A stretch of 64,000 nucleotides of DNA, taken from assembly GCA_965246885.1 (NCBI GenBank), contig OZ251992.1:3328001-3392000 (forward strand), given 5' to 3'. Positions 17,450 to 27,096 of the stretch are shown here, piece by piece. The translations under genes and the position numbers were made by a program. The stretch is from Abditibacterium sp. (GTDB taxonomy: Bacteria > Armatimonadota > Abditibacteriia > Abditibacteriales > Abditibacteriaceae). A model generated the notes under the pieces. It made no database searches. It was not told the origin of the DNA and saw only the letters and a program-made list of their open reading frames with translations. Numbering within the stretch: the stretch's first letter is position 1; every line of letters starts with the position of its first letter.

Positions 17450-19441
17450 TCAGTGCCCCCGCCGTCGTTTGGGCGCCGACTTGCCGCCTTTGCCGCGCCC
17501 GATGGCGGGATGGGCGGGCGCTTGGCGGCGCGGGGGAGACGGGTTATTAAGCGTGAAGCCGAAGTAAGTGAGTTCCTTGTGCGTTGCCGAGGTCGTGCCC
17601 GCTTCCCCCTCAACTGGCTTGGCGAAGCGGCGAACCAGTTCGAGTGGGAGCGCGGTGCCTTCGATGGCGGCACGGGTTTGGCCCGTCCGGTCGGCGAAAA
17701 AGCGCAGCGTTCCGGCGACGACGGCGTTTGGCGCGCAGACGCTGCGGTTCGAGACGCGCGCGTCCTGCCCGTCGGCAGTGCGCTCGTCCATCACGAGGTC
17801 AAAGGGCATCAGGCGCGCGAGCAGTTCGCGGAAGCGGCGGGTCAACTCCTTATCCGCGAGGGGCATTTGGGCCGGTAAGGGCACGCCCAAGGCACGCAAG
17901 GCGGCGGCCATAGCGAGCGCGGCGTCTTCGATGGCCTTGATGAGCACGCCGCGCTCGGTCGCCCACTTTTCGATGGCGGCGGGGTCGAACAAGTGGCGCG
18001 GCAAGCCGTAGACCTCGCCAACATATCCGGCGCGTTGGTAAGCCTCGGCGTAGACGTTATAGGTCGTGAGGTGGTCGCTACCGGGCACGATGAGGCCGTC
18101 TATGTCGCACTCTTCGCGCGTCATGCGGTGCAGGCTTTCGATGGCGCTCATCACGGCGAGGGCGGGCGCGATTTCCCGCTCGGCGACCAAAAGCTCGGCC
18201 CAAGGGTGGTCAACGGGAAGTGCCTCGACCTGCTTGCCATACTTGGATAAGCGGCCCGCTTGCGTGATAAGTCCGCGCGCTTGCAAGTCGGCGACGGCGC
18301 GGCGGTAGGCGGCCTTGTCGAGACGGATGGGCAGTTCCAACTCGTCGGCGCGCACGCCCAAATCGGCGCAGGTGAGGGCAACGCGTTCGCTGTCGCCCGC
18401 CAGTTGAAACTCCGGCGCGACGGGGCGCAGGCGCGCGAAGTCAATGGCACGCTCGGACAAAATCCACACGCGCCCGCCCGCGACGCGGCCATGCACGCGG
18501 CCCGCCATCTGGAGCATCTCGTTGGGGCCAAGCGGCAAGCGCGTCAGGACGTTGCGCCCATTGGAAATCACGTTGGCAAAGCGCGTGTCGTCAATCACGA
18601 CGGTATCCAGCCCGCGCACGTTGAGCGCGCTTTGACCGGCGGCGGTCATGGTGAGGAGGAAGGGCTTCGTCGCGCCTTCGTCTTCCAAAAACGGGCGCAG
18701 CGTCCGCACCGCTTCGCCGCCGTGATAGAACGCGACGTTGATGTCCGGCGCGGCTTCTTGCGCGACCATTGCCGCCGCTTCGACGCCCGCGCGCGTTGGC
18801 AAAAAGACCCCGACGCCGCGCCGCTCGTCGCGCACTTGCGCGAGATAACGCTCGTCCAAGAACTCGGCGGGCGTGCAGTGAAGAACGTTGACGTTGGCGG
18901 CTTTGTCGGGGTCGAAGGAGTAGACTTGGAGTACCTCGGCGGAGCCGAGGTACTCGCGGTAAAAGCGCGGGTCAACTGTCGCCGACAGCCAAATAAAGCG
19001 GCAACCGGCCCGCTTGCCTAAGGCAAGGCAAAGCTCCAACTCGGCGGAAGTCTGGTGAATCTCGTCCACGACAAGCGTGTCCGCGCCGGTGATGTCGCCG
19101 TCCTGAAACCAGCGCCGCGCGATTCCGGTGGTTACGATGAGGACGTTCTGATTGGGCAGTTCGGGCGTGGCCTCGCGCTCGCGGTTCACGACGCCCACGT
19201 TGAGCGGCGCGCCCAAAATCTCTTCGGCAATGGGCCGCACCGCGAGGGTCTTGCCCGTCCCGGTTCCGGCGATGATGCCAAAGCCCCGGCCCGACCGCGC
19301 CAGTTCGCGGACTTTGTCGCCGTGCGTGCGGGAAAGGTAGGTATCGATGTCGAGCGTAAAGGCGATTTCGATGGTTTCGCACGCCGCGCGGGTGGGCGCG
19401 ATGACGATGACGCGGCCTTTGACGGGGTTCGGAGGAAGCAC
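17450..19441 (-). CDS. DExH-box (HrpA/HrpB-like) helicase
   Basis: GTGTGKT, DEIH, SAT, FLPTR and QMAGRVHGR. Start estimated at GTG 19441. Confidence 0.85.
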   Translation of the reverse strand: MLPPNPVKGRVIVIAPTRAACETIEIAFTLDIDTYLSRTHGDKVRELARSGRGFGIIAGTGTGKTLAVRPIAEEILGAPLNVGVVNREREATPELPNQNVLIVTTGIARRWFQDGDITGADTLVVDEIHQTSAELELCLALGKRAGCRFIWLSATVDPRFYREYLGSAEVLQVYSFDPDKAANVNVLHCTPAEFLDERYLAQVRDERRGVGVFLPTRAGVEAAAMVAQEAAPDINVAFYHGGEAVRTLRPFLEDEGATKPFLLTMTAAGQSALNVRGLDTVVIDDTRFANVISNGRNVLTRLPLGPNEMLQMAGRVHGRVAGGRVWILSERAIDFARLRPVAPEFQLAGDSERVALTCADLGVRADELELPIRLDKAAYRRAVADLQARGLITQAGRLSKYGKQVEALPVDHPWAELLVAEREIAPALAVMSAIESLHRMTREECDIDGLIVPGSDHLTTYNVYAEAYQRAGYVGEVYGLPRHLFDPAAIEKWATERGVLIKAIEDAALAMAAALRALGVPLPAQMPLADKELTRRFRELLARLMPFDLVMDERTADGQDARVSNRSVCAPNAVVAGTLRFFADRTGQTRAAIEGTALPLELVRRFAKPVEGEAGTTSATHKELTYFGFTLNNPSPPRRQAPAHPAIGRGKGGKSAPKRRRGH

Positions 19442-19464
19442 AAGGGAAGTGTGGGGCGCTCCGC

Positions 19465-20286
19465 TTACGTCCGGCGCGCGCGGATGGCGCCATAGCGGAC
19501 TTCCCGCGACGACAGCAAGCGGTAAATGCGCGATCCGGGCATGCCCGCAAAGTCCGCGAAGGGCGCGCGCAGCCACGTCGGGACGTGCCCCAAAATGTCG
19601 CGCTCCTTGGCGGGCGCGATGTAGTCGAGGGCGCGCACCACGTTCGGCGTAATGTCGGTATCGTCCTCGATGGCAAAGCCCGCCGCCACGAACTCCGCGC
19701 GCAACTCGTCCCACTTCGGGCGCGGGCGCATGTCGCACCAACAGAACACGCCGTCCGGCGCGAGCACGCGCGCCACCTCCGCGAGGAACCCCGGCATGGA
19801 CGGGTAGCAATGCGACGACTCCACGTTGACCACGACATCGAACGTGCCCGCTTCAAGCGGCAAAGCGAGGGCGTTGCCCTGCCGAAAGCGCAAGTGCGGC
19901 GCGTCGTGCAGCTTTTGGGCGAGCAGGACGGCTTGCTCGGAGTAGTCCAGCCCCATCATCAAGCGCGGCGCCCGGTGGCGCGCCAGATAATTGGCTCCGC
20001 CGCCCCGCCCCGACCCGACCTCGACCACCCTCTGACCTTCCAAGGGCACCCCGCGCGTCACGCGCTCGTACAAACCGATAAAGGGCCGATCGGCATCGCC
20101 GCGCGCGTCCAACTCAAGGCGTTCGACCACGTCGTCCATGAAGCCGTAGTTCATAAACGTCCAATCGCCCTGCGAATAGCGGCGGGCGAGCAGTTCATAC
20201 CACGCCTTCCACAGGTCGGCCTTGAGGCGCGGGAAAGCGTCGGTTTGCGCGAGGAGTTTGAGAACGGGTTCGCTCAGGGTTTTCAT
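19465..20286 (-). CDS. Class I SAM-dependent methyltransferase (lipid/fatty-acid O-methyltransferase-like)
   Basis: FMNYG, VVEVGSGRGGG and FDVVVNVESSHCY. Confidence 0.88.
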   Translation of the reverse strand: MKTLSEPVLKLLAQTDAFPRLKADLWKAWYELLARRYSQGDWTFMNYGFMDDVVERLELDARGDADRPFIGLYERVTRGVPLEGQRVVEVGSGRGGGANYLARHRAPRLMMGLDYSEQAVLLAQKLHDAPHLRFRQGNALALPLEAGTFDVVVNVESSHCYPSMPGFLAEVARVLAPDGVFCWCDMRPRPKWDELRAEFVAAGFAIEDDTDITPNVVRALDYIAPAKERDILGHVPTWLRAPFADFAGMPGSRIYRLLSSREVRYGAIRARRT

Positions 20287-20310
20287 GGGTCGGGGGAGAG
20301 GGTTCGGGGG

Positions 20311-21723
20311 TTAGCGGCGCTCGATGGTCATCGGCAGGCCGCCATCGGGCAAGACGGAAATCCACGCGCGCGGGGTCACTTCGCGCTCCGGCGCAACAAG
20401 CATCCGGTAACGCTGAAGGAGCGTCGCCAACACGAGCGGGCCTTGCAACAGCGCCAACCCCGCGCCCATGCAAAAGCGCGAGCCGCCGCCAAAAGGGAAG
20501 TAGGTGTATTTGGGACGGTCGGCTTTAACAGCGCCCAGAAAGCGTTCGGGACGAAACGCGTCCGGTTCGGGCCACCAACGCGGGTCGCGGTGCGTCAGCC
20601 ACGACACCAGCACGATGCAGGTGTTCTTCGGGATGAAATGCCCCCGGATGGCGTCGTCCGCCAGCGCTGTGCGCGCGACGGTCGGGATGGGCGGGAACAT
20701 GCGCAGCGTCTCGTCATAGACGGCGCGCAGGTAAGGCAGGTTGGGCAAATCGGCGGCGGTAGGCGTGCGACCGTTTAGCACCTCTTCGAGTTCCGCGACC
20801 AAGCGCGCTTCGGCTTCGGGGTGGCGCGAAAGCAGATACTGCGCCCACACCACGCTTGAAGTCGTCGTGTCCTGTCCGGCGCGCACGAGCGCGTGCATCT
20901 CGCCCGCGATCTCCTCGTCCGTCCAGCCGACGCCATCGGCGTCCGTTGCGCCCATCAGCACGTCCAGCAAGTCGGTCGGTTCGTCGCTCGCCGCGCCGCG
21001 CGCGCGGCGCTCGTCCACGATGTCCCTCATGGCGCGGATAATGGAACCCTTGGCGCGGGCAAAGCGGCGGCGGCGCGGCGACGTCAGGCGCTTGAGGACG
21101 GGCGTGTTCTCGTGCAGCCACACTAAATTCACGTCGGGAAACGCCACGTCGCGGCCCTTTTCGAGCGTTTCTATCTGCGCCCCGAAATCCGTTCCGAGCA
21201 GCATCTTGCCCGCCACACGCAGCGTCAAATCCATTAGCTCCGGCACCATATCGAAGGTGTCGTCCCCACTTTGTAGCCGCTTCTCCCAACGATTCACCGT
21301 CACGCCCGCTTGATCGGTGATGCAGTCGGCCATACCATTCAAGCGCGCGCGGGTAAAGGAGGGCATCTCCAGCTTGCGCCGCATTTTGTGGTCTTGCCCT
21401 TCGGCGGCGAGGATGCACGGCCCGAACATCGTCAAATAGCGCGAGCGCAACATCCCCGCGTTGGGGTAGTTGGCAGAGTTGGTTTCGATGACGTACGCGA
21501 TGTCGTCCGGGTGCGACAACACATGCAGGTCGAAGCGCGACCCCAGTCGGCCCAAGCCCAGCATCTGCAACTTCGACAGGTCGCCGTGTGAATTATTGGC
21601 GTGGTTGAACGCGGTCAGCGAGTTGTGGCGCAGTTCGGGCAAATGGCCGAGCAACCAATGCCCACGCGGGCCGGGAACGGCGGGGAAACGAGAAAACGGC
21701 GCGGGCGAAGCGGAAGAAACCAT
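20311..21723 (-). CDS. Cytochrome P450
   Basis: I-helix AGQDTT, ETLR, PERF and heme motif FGGGSRFCMG. Confidence 0.96.
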   Translation of the reverse strand: MVSSASPAPFSRFPAVPGPRGHWLLGHLPELRHNSLTAFNHANNSHGDLSKLQMLGLGRLGSRFDLHVLSHPDDIAYVIETNSANYPNAGMLRSRYLTMFGPCILAAEGQDHKMRRKLEMPSFTRARLNGMADCITDQAGVTVNRWEKRLQSGDDTFDMVPELMDLTLRVAGKMLLGTDFGAQIETLEKGRDVAFPDVNLVWLHENTPVLKRLTSPRRRRFARAKGSIIRAMRDIVDERRARGAASDEPTDLLDVLMGATDADGVGWTDEEIAGEMHALVRAGQDTTTSSVVWAQYLLSRHPEAEARLVAELEEVLNGRTPTAADLPNLPYLRAVYDETLRMFPPIPTVARTALADDAIRGHFIPKNTCIVLVSWLTHRDPRWWPEPDAFRPERFLGAVKADRPKYTYFPFGGGSRFCMGAGLALLQGPLVLATLLQRYRMLVAPEREVTPRAWISVLPDGGLPMTIERR

Positions 21724-21886
21724 AAAACAGGGCGCACTTTGCGGGAACAAAAACCGTTATAGCTTAACGCACGCGCTTTTCTCGTTCCAAGAGGGGCGTG
21801 GTTTCACCACTGGCATCGCGCACCGAGTCAGCGCCTCTCGTCTTGCCCCAACCGCCTTCCCGCGACCCCAAAATGGTGTGGGCGGG

Positions 21887-22030
21887 CGAAAGAATGAGGC
21901 GCGCCGCCGAAAGAATTAGCTGCATGACGGGAGAATTAGCTAATTCTTTCAGTGACGCGCCTCATTCTTTCAGTGACGCGCCTCATTCTTCCGATGGCGC
22001 GTATGGGTGGGCGAAAGAATTAACCCGGCG
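21887..22030. repeat. 21-bp-period array (family A), forward units followed by inverted units
   Basis: CGAAAGAATGAGGCGCGCCGC and CGAAAGAATTAGCTGCATGAC, a central palindrome GAATTAGCTAATTC, then inverted units GCCTCATTCTTTCAGTGACGC and GCCTCATTCTTCCGATGGCGC. Confidence 0.8.
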
Positions 22031-22039
22031 AATGGCTCC

Positions 22040-22848
<809 letters not shown>

Positions 22849-22852
<4 letters not shown>

Positions 22853-23751
22853 CCCGTCCGCCCCAATTCCGCCCAAGGCAACAGGCGCGGTTGCAAGAAC
22901 TTGAACGCCAAGTCCGTCGCCAAGCCCAAAAGCCCCAAGACAAGGATGCCGACGAAGATTTCATCGGTGCGCAGGAAGCGTTGCGCTTTCATAATGCGAT
23001 AGCCCAAGCCGGAATCCGTCGCCACCACTTCGGCGATAACCAGATACGTCCACGCCCAGCCGATCATGGTGCGGCAGGTTTCCATCAGTCCGGGGAGGGT
23101 CGCGGGAAGCAGGACGTTGAACAAGACTTGGCGGGGTTTGGCGCCGAGGGTGCGGGAAGCGTTGAGCAAATCGCGGGGCACGAGGCGCGTCACATCGGCG
23201 ACGATGATAACCATCTGGAAGTAGGTGCCCAGAAAGATGAGCAAAATCTTCGCGGGTTCGCCGATGCCCGCCGCGACCATCACCAACGGGATGAGAGCCG
23301 GGACGGGGATGTAGCGGATAAAGCCATTGAGCGGCTCTTGCGAGGCCTCGACCCCTTTATACGCGCCGATAAGGATGCCGAGCGGAATGGCGAGGATGGC
23401 CGATGCGAGGAAGCCCGCCGAGATGCGAAAGACGCTGATCTTGATGTCGGGCCACAACTCCCCACCGTGCCAAAGCCGCGCGGCGGACGACAGGACGGCG
23501 GTGGGAGTCGGAAGGATAAGCGGCGACACGCGGCCCGTGTAGGAAAAGAAACACCATAACGCGAACACAAGCACGAAGGTGGTGGCCGAGAGAATCCAAT
23601 ACAGCATCGGAGACAGTTCCCCGCCCAGCTGGAACGGGGACGCGCGGCGGCGCGGCGCGGCGCGATTGGCAACCGGCGCGGCGGACGCGAGGGAAACGTC
23701 GGCGTCAAGGGAGTGGGCTTGCATGGGTGGGTGTGGGTGAGGAGCGATCAT
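22849..23751 (-). CDS. NitT/TauT-family ABC transporter permease
   Basis: LPTP, IRYIP, EAA-like loop ASRTLGA and WTYLVIAE. Start ATG 23751 (alternatively 23724). Confidence 0.92.
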
Positions 23752-23756
23752 ATCTC

Positions 23757-23870
23757 CCCGGCGACTAAAGTCGCGGCAACCCACAGCAAAACCTCCCTGC
23801 GGAGGTTGTAGGCGTTTACAGTCCGCGTAGGCGGACTTTGCTGTGGGTTGCCGCGACTTTAGTCGCCGGG
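23757..23870. repeat. REP/MITE-like palindromic element (same family as 17296), copy 2
   Basis: Perfect 34-bp arms (23757-23790 and 23837-23870) with two internal hairpins. Confidence 0.9.
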
Positions 23871-23875
23871 AGCAA

Positions 23876-24982
23876 CTATTTGTAATCGTAAGGCGCGGCT
23901 TTGCCCAAGCCCTTGGCGAGCGAGGCTTTGACGAACTTCGGCTCGACGGCGGCGGCGTAGTCGGGCATCTTCGTTACTTGTCCGGCTTTGACGAGGAACT
24001 CGGAGTTGGACTGGCCGCTCGTGTAAAGCGAAGTGAGGGCGCTTGATTTCTGCATGGCGGCGAGCGATTCGGGCGCGGAGAAGATTTTCGTGCCCTTCAC
24101 GAACGCTTTGTAGTCGTTGATGGGCGTGTCGGTGCGCTTGGCGAGGATTTTGATGGCGGCGTCGGGGTTCTTTTTCCACCAATCTATCGCGTCGTACCAC
24201 GCGTCCACAATCTTCTGCACATCTTCGGGCCGCTTTTCGACGATGTCGGACTTGATTACGAGCAGGTCGGGAATGGCGCCGGGAACGTCCTTGGAGGTGA
24301 AGAGCGCCTTGGAGCCTTTGACGTCTTTGAGAATCTTGTCGAGCGATGGCTCCCACACAACGGCGGCATCCACTTGTTTGGACAGCATCGCGGCGGGGCA
24401 ATCTTGCACTTTGATGTTGGTGAACTGGATGTCCTTTTCCGTCATGCCGTTCTTTTCGAGGGCCTTGAGCAGCAGGAAGTGGTCGACGGTGCCAAGCTCG
24501 GTGGCAACTTTCTTCCCCTTGAGGTCTTTGACGGAGCCGATACCGGGGCTGGCCAGAAGCGCGTCGTTGCCGAAGGAGTTGTCGTTGACGAGGACGGCTT
24601 TTAGGGGAAGCCCTTGCGCGAGAGGCGCAAGGGAGTCTCCCCAAGTTTGGCAGTTGGCGTCAACGGCGCCCGCCGAAAGCGCGCTGATGGAATCGGAGTA
24701 GTTCGGAAACCACTTCAGCTTGACATCGGCGCCGCGCTTTTTGAAGAAGCCTTGCTGCTCGGCGATGTCCCACGCGACCCAGCCGGGCCAATCGGAATAG
24801 CCGATGGTGATGGCATTGGCGTCGCCGGTGTCGGCTGAGGTCGAAGCGGGATTGCTCGCGGCGTTGCCGGGGGCGGCGGCGTTGGCAGAGGGCGCGGCAG
24901 TGTTGTCGGTAGACGGAGAGGAGCATCCGCCGATGAAGGCGAGGCCGAGAGCGAGGACTGGAGCGAAGTGTTTGGCTTGCAT
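23876..24982 (-). CDS. ABC transporter substrate-binding lipoprotein (NitT/TauT; likely guanidine or related N-compound)
   Basis: Lipobox-like LAFIGGC, IGYSDWPGW, NDNSFGNDA and WEP. Divergent from the guanidine carboxylase operon. Start ATG 24982. Confidence 0.88.
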   Translation of the reverse strand: MQAKHFAPVLALGLAFIGGCSSPSTDNTAAPSANAAAPGNAASNPASTSADTGDANAITIGYSDWPGWVAWDIAEQQGFFKKRGADVKLKWFPNYSDSISALSAGAVDANCQTWGDSLAPLAQGLPLKAVLVNDNSFGNDALLASPGIGSVKDLKGKKVATELGTVDHFLLLKALEKNGMTEKDIQFTNIKVQDCPAAMLSKQVDAAVVWEPSLDKILKDVKGSKALFTSKDVPGAIPDLLVIKSDIVEKRPEDVQKIVDAWYDAIDWWKKNPDAAIKILAKRTDTPINDYKAFVKGTKIFSAPESLAAMQKSSALTSLYTSGQSNSEFLVKAGQVTKMPDYAAAVEPKFVKASLAKGLGKAAPYDYK

Positions 24983-25395
24983 TGGCTGTTTAAAGTTGAA
25001 AACAGCGCAGCACGCAAGGGACTGAAGAAGCCGGATGGCTCTTTCAAACGGGCCTTTTCGGTGCCGCACTGGGTTGGTGCGGCCCAGAATGCAGCGTCGT
25101 GGGTCAGGCAAACCGGGAGGGGCGCCTGTCTTCCGTTCGGTTCCGAGCCTGAAAGCGCGCCTTGCCGGGGCAAACGAACTTTCCCCAAACATTGTGAAGG
25201 CCGCGCGTTTCGGCGGCGTTTCAAGTGCGGAAATTTTGGCGACGGTGCTTGGCGACGGGTTCGCGCTTAAGCGTTTCCGGCGCATTTCGCGGACGTAAAT
25301 TGTTCGCGGAAGCGGGCGTGGGGTCTTGTGGAAAGGCGCGGGGCGGTGTAACTTTTGGCGGTGATCAAGAAAGCGGCGCCTCGTGTGTTCGCTTT

Positions 25396-25490
25396 GGTGA
25401 CTATGGTTCCGGCCCGCCAAGCGCGGGCGTCTGGTCAAAGAGTTACCGGCTTCCTTTGGGGAGTTACACGGCGGGATAAAAGCCCGGGAG
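25396..25490 (+). ncRNA. Guanidine-I riboswitch (ykkC-yxkD subtype 1)
   Basis: P1 GGTGACT/AGTTACC, CTATGGTTCCG...CTGGTCAAAGAG, P2 hairpin and 3' ACACGGCGGGATAAAAGCCCGGGAG. Sits upstream of cgdAB-carboxylase-atzF. Confidence 0.9.
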
Positions 25491-25531
25491 AGATCGCCCG
25501 CGCGGGCGTTCGTCGCCCTGCCCTACTCCAC

Positions 25532-26272
25532 ATGCCGATTTCACCCGACACCCCGCCCGCCTACCTTTGGGAAGAGTTCATCCCCGGCGGCAACCACTTT
25601 TCTTGCCTCGCGCGGCGCGGCACCCTGCTGCGCTTCACAGACGCCGGAGGCGGCGCCAACGCTTCGCTGTCGCTCGTCAATTTCGCCCAAACGACCGAGC
25701 GCCTCAACATCCCCGACACCCTCAAAGGCCAACACACCGCCATGATTACGCGCGGTCACGTCCTTTATTCCGACATGGGCCGCGTTTTGTGTTCCGTCAT
25801 CGAAGACACCGTCTGCTGGCACGACGCGCTCTGCGGCCCCGGCGACGACGCCGACCTCGTCGCTCGCTATGGCAACGTCCGCACCTACGCCGATGCGCGC
25901 AATGACATGTTCCGCTCGGCGCGCGGCGGGCTGCTCATCGAGCTTGGCAAGTACAGTTTGGGCGCGCGCGACCTCGGCCCGACGCTCAACCTGTTCTCCA
26001 AAGTCTCCGTCGAGGACGGCGGGACGCTCCATTTCCACCCCGACAACTCGCGCGCCGGGGATGTCGTCACGCTTCGCTTCGAGATGGACTGCCTCTTAGC
26101 CGTCTCGACCGCGCCGCACCGCCTCGACCCACGCCCCGACTACGCTCCGTCCGGCGTCGGCTTGCGATGCGAACGCGCCCTGCCCGTCACTTCCGACGAC
26201 GAATGTCGCGTTAGTTGCCCGCAAAACGAGCGCGCCTTCCAGAATACGGAGCGATATTACGCGGGAGCTTGA
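25532..26272 (+). CDS. cgdA: Urea amidolyase-associated protein UAAP1 / carboxyguanidine deiminase subunit A (DUF1989)
   Basis: [30 protein letters not shown] and NLFSKV. Start ATG 25532. Confidence 0.88.
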   Translation: MPISPDTPPAYLWEEFIPGGNHFSCLARRGTLLRFTDAGGGANASLSLVNFAQTTERLNIPDTLKGQHTAMITRGHVLYSDMGRVLCSVIEDTVCWHDALCGPGDDADLVARYGNVRTYADARNDMFRSARGGLLIELGKYSLGARDLGPTLNLFSKVSVEDGGTLHFHPDNSRAGDVVTLRFEMDCLLAVSTAPHRLDPRPDYAPSGVGLRCERALPVTSDDECRVSCPQNERAFQNTERYYAGA

Positions 26273-26283
26273 AATTTCTCGGA

Positions 26284-26410
26284 AGCGCGTCTGGCAGGAC
26301 GCTTGGCGAAGCCGGATGCCGGGGATTTTATATCCCCGAACTGCTTGGAGAACGGGGGTATGAAACCCCCGGCATCCGGGCCTGCGGCCCAAGCGTTCTC
26401 CGAACGCGCT
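26284..26410. repeat. REP-like nested palindrome between cgdA and cgdB
   Basis: CCGGATGCCGGGG pairs with CCCCGGCATCCGG. Internal GGGGA-TTTTATA-TCCCC and GGGGGT-ATGAA-ACCCCC hairpins, plus outer pairs ACGCTTGG/CCAAGCGT and AGCGCGT/ACGCGCT. Confidence 0.7.
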
Positions 26411-26427
26411 GCCCAAAACCAAACACC

Positions 26428-27078
26428 ATGACCATCCTCAAAAGCTCCTTAAACCCCGCCGACGCCACCGAAAGCGTCCTCTGTCCCCCCGGCGACGGCT
26501 GGTTGCACCTGCTCCGCGCCGGAGAAACGCTGCGCATCGAAGACCTCGAAGGCAACCAAGCCGTTGACACGCTCTTCTACGATGCCAACGACCCCGCCAA
26601 TCGCTACTCCGCCACCAACACGGTCGCGCGCGGCGGCAACCTCTATCTGGGCGCCGGAAGCGAACTTATCTCCGAAGCGGGCGACGTGCTGGCGACCATC
26701 ACCGCCGACACTTGCGGGCGCCACGACACCGTCGGCGGCGCGTGTTCCGCCGAAAGCAACACCGTCCGCTACGCCCTCGACAAGCGCCCGATGCACTCCT
26801 GCCGCGATACCTTTTTGCGCCTCTTGGAAAGCGCACCGCCCGACTTGCCGCGCCTTTCCAAGCGCGACTTGTCCGCCAACATCAACTTCTTTATGAACGT
26901 CCCCGTCTCGCCCGACGGCAAGCTGCGCTTCGAGGACGGCATCTCCGCGCCGGGGAAATACGTCGAAGTGCGGGCGCAAATGGACTTGCTCGTGCTCATC
27001 TCCAACTGCCCCCAACTCAACAACCCCTGCAACGCCTACAATCCCACCCCCATCCGCCTGTTGGTCTGGAGCGCCTGA
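26428..27078 (+). CDS. cgdB: Urea amidolyase-associated protein UAAP2 / carboxyguanidine deiminase subunit B (DUF1989)
   Basis: [35 protein letters not shown] and [11 protein letters not shown]. Confidence 0.92.
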   Translation: MTILKSSLNPADATESVLCPPGDGWLHLLRAGETLRIEDLEGNQAVDTLFYDANDPANRYSATNTVARGGNLYLGAGSELISEAGDVLATITADTCGRHDTVGGACSAESNTVRYALDKRPMHSCRDTFLRLLESAPPDLPRLSKRDLSANINFFMNVPVSPDGKLRFEDGISAPGKYVEVRAQMDLLVLISNCPQLNNPCNAYNPTPIRLLVWSA

Positions 27079-27096
27079 GGCGCGGCCTTCCTTCCC

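Noticed and set aside
25038..25190. Glycine, glutamine or guanidine-II/III riboswitch in the ABC leader
   Set aside because: Only fragments match (CTTTCAGG, CGGAAG, ACG triplets) and the required stems are absent. Kept as an orphan candidate instead.
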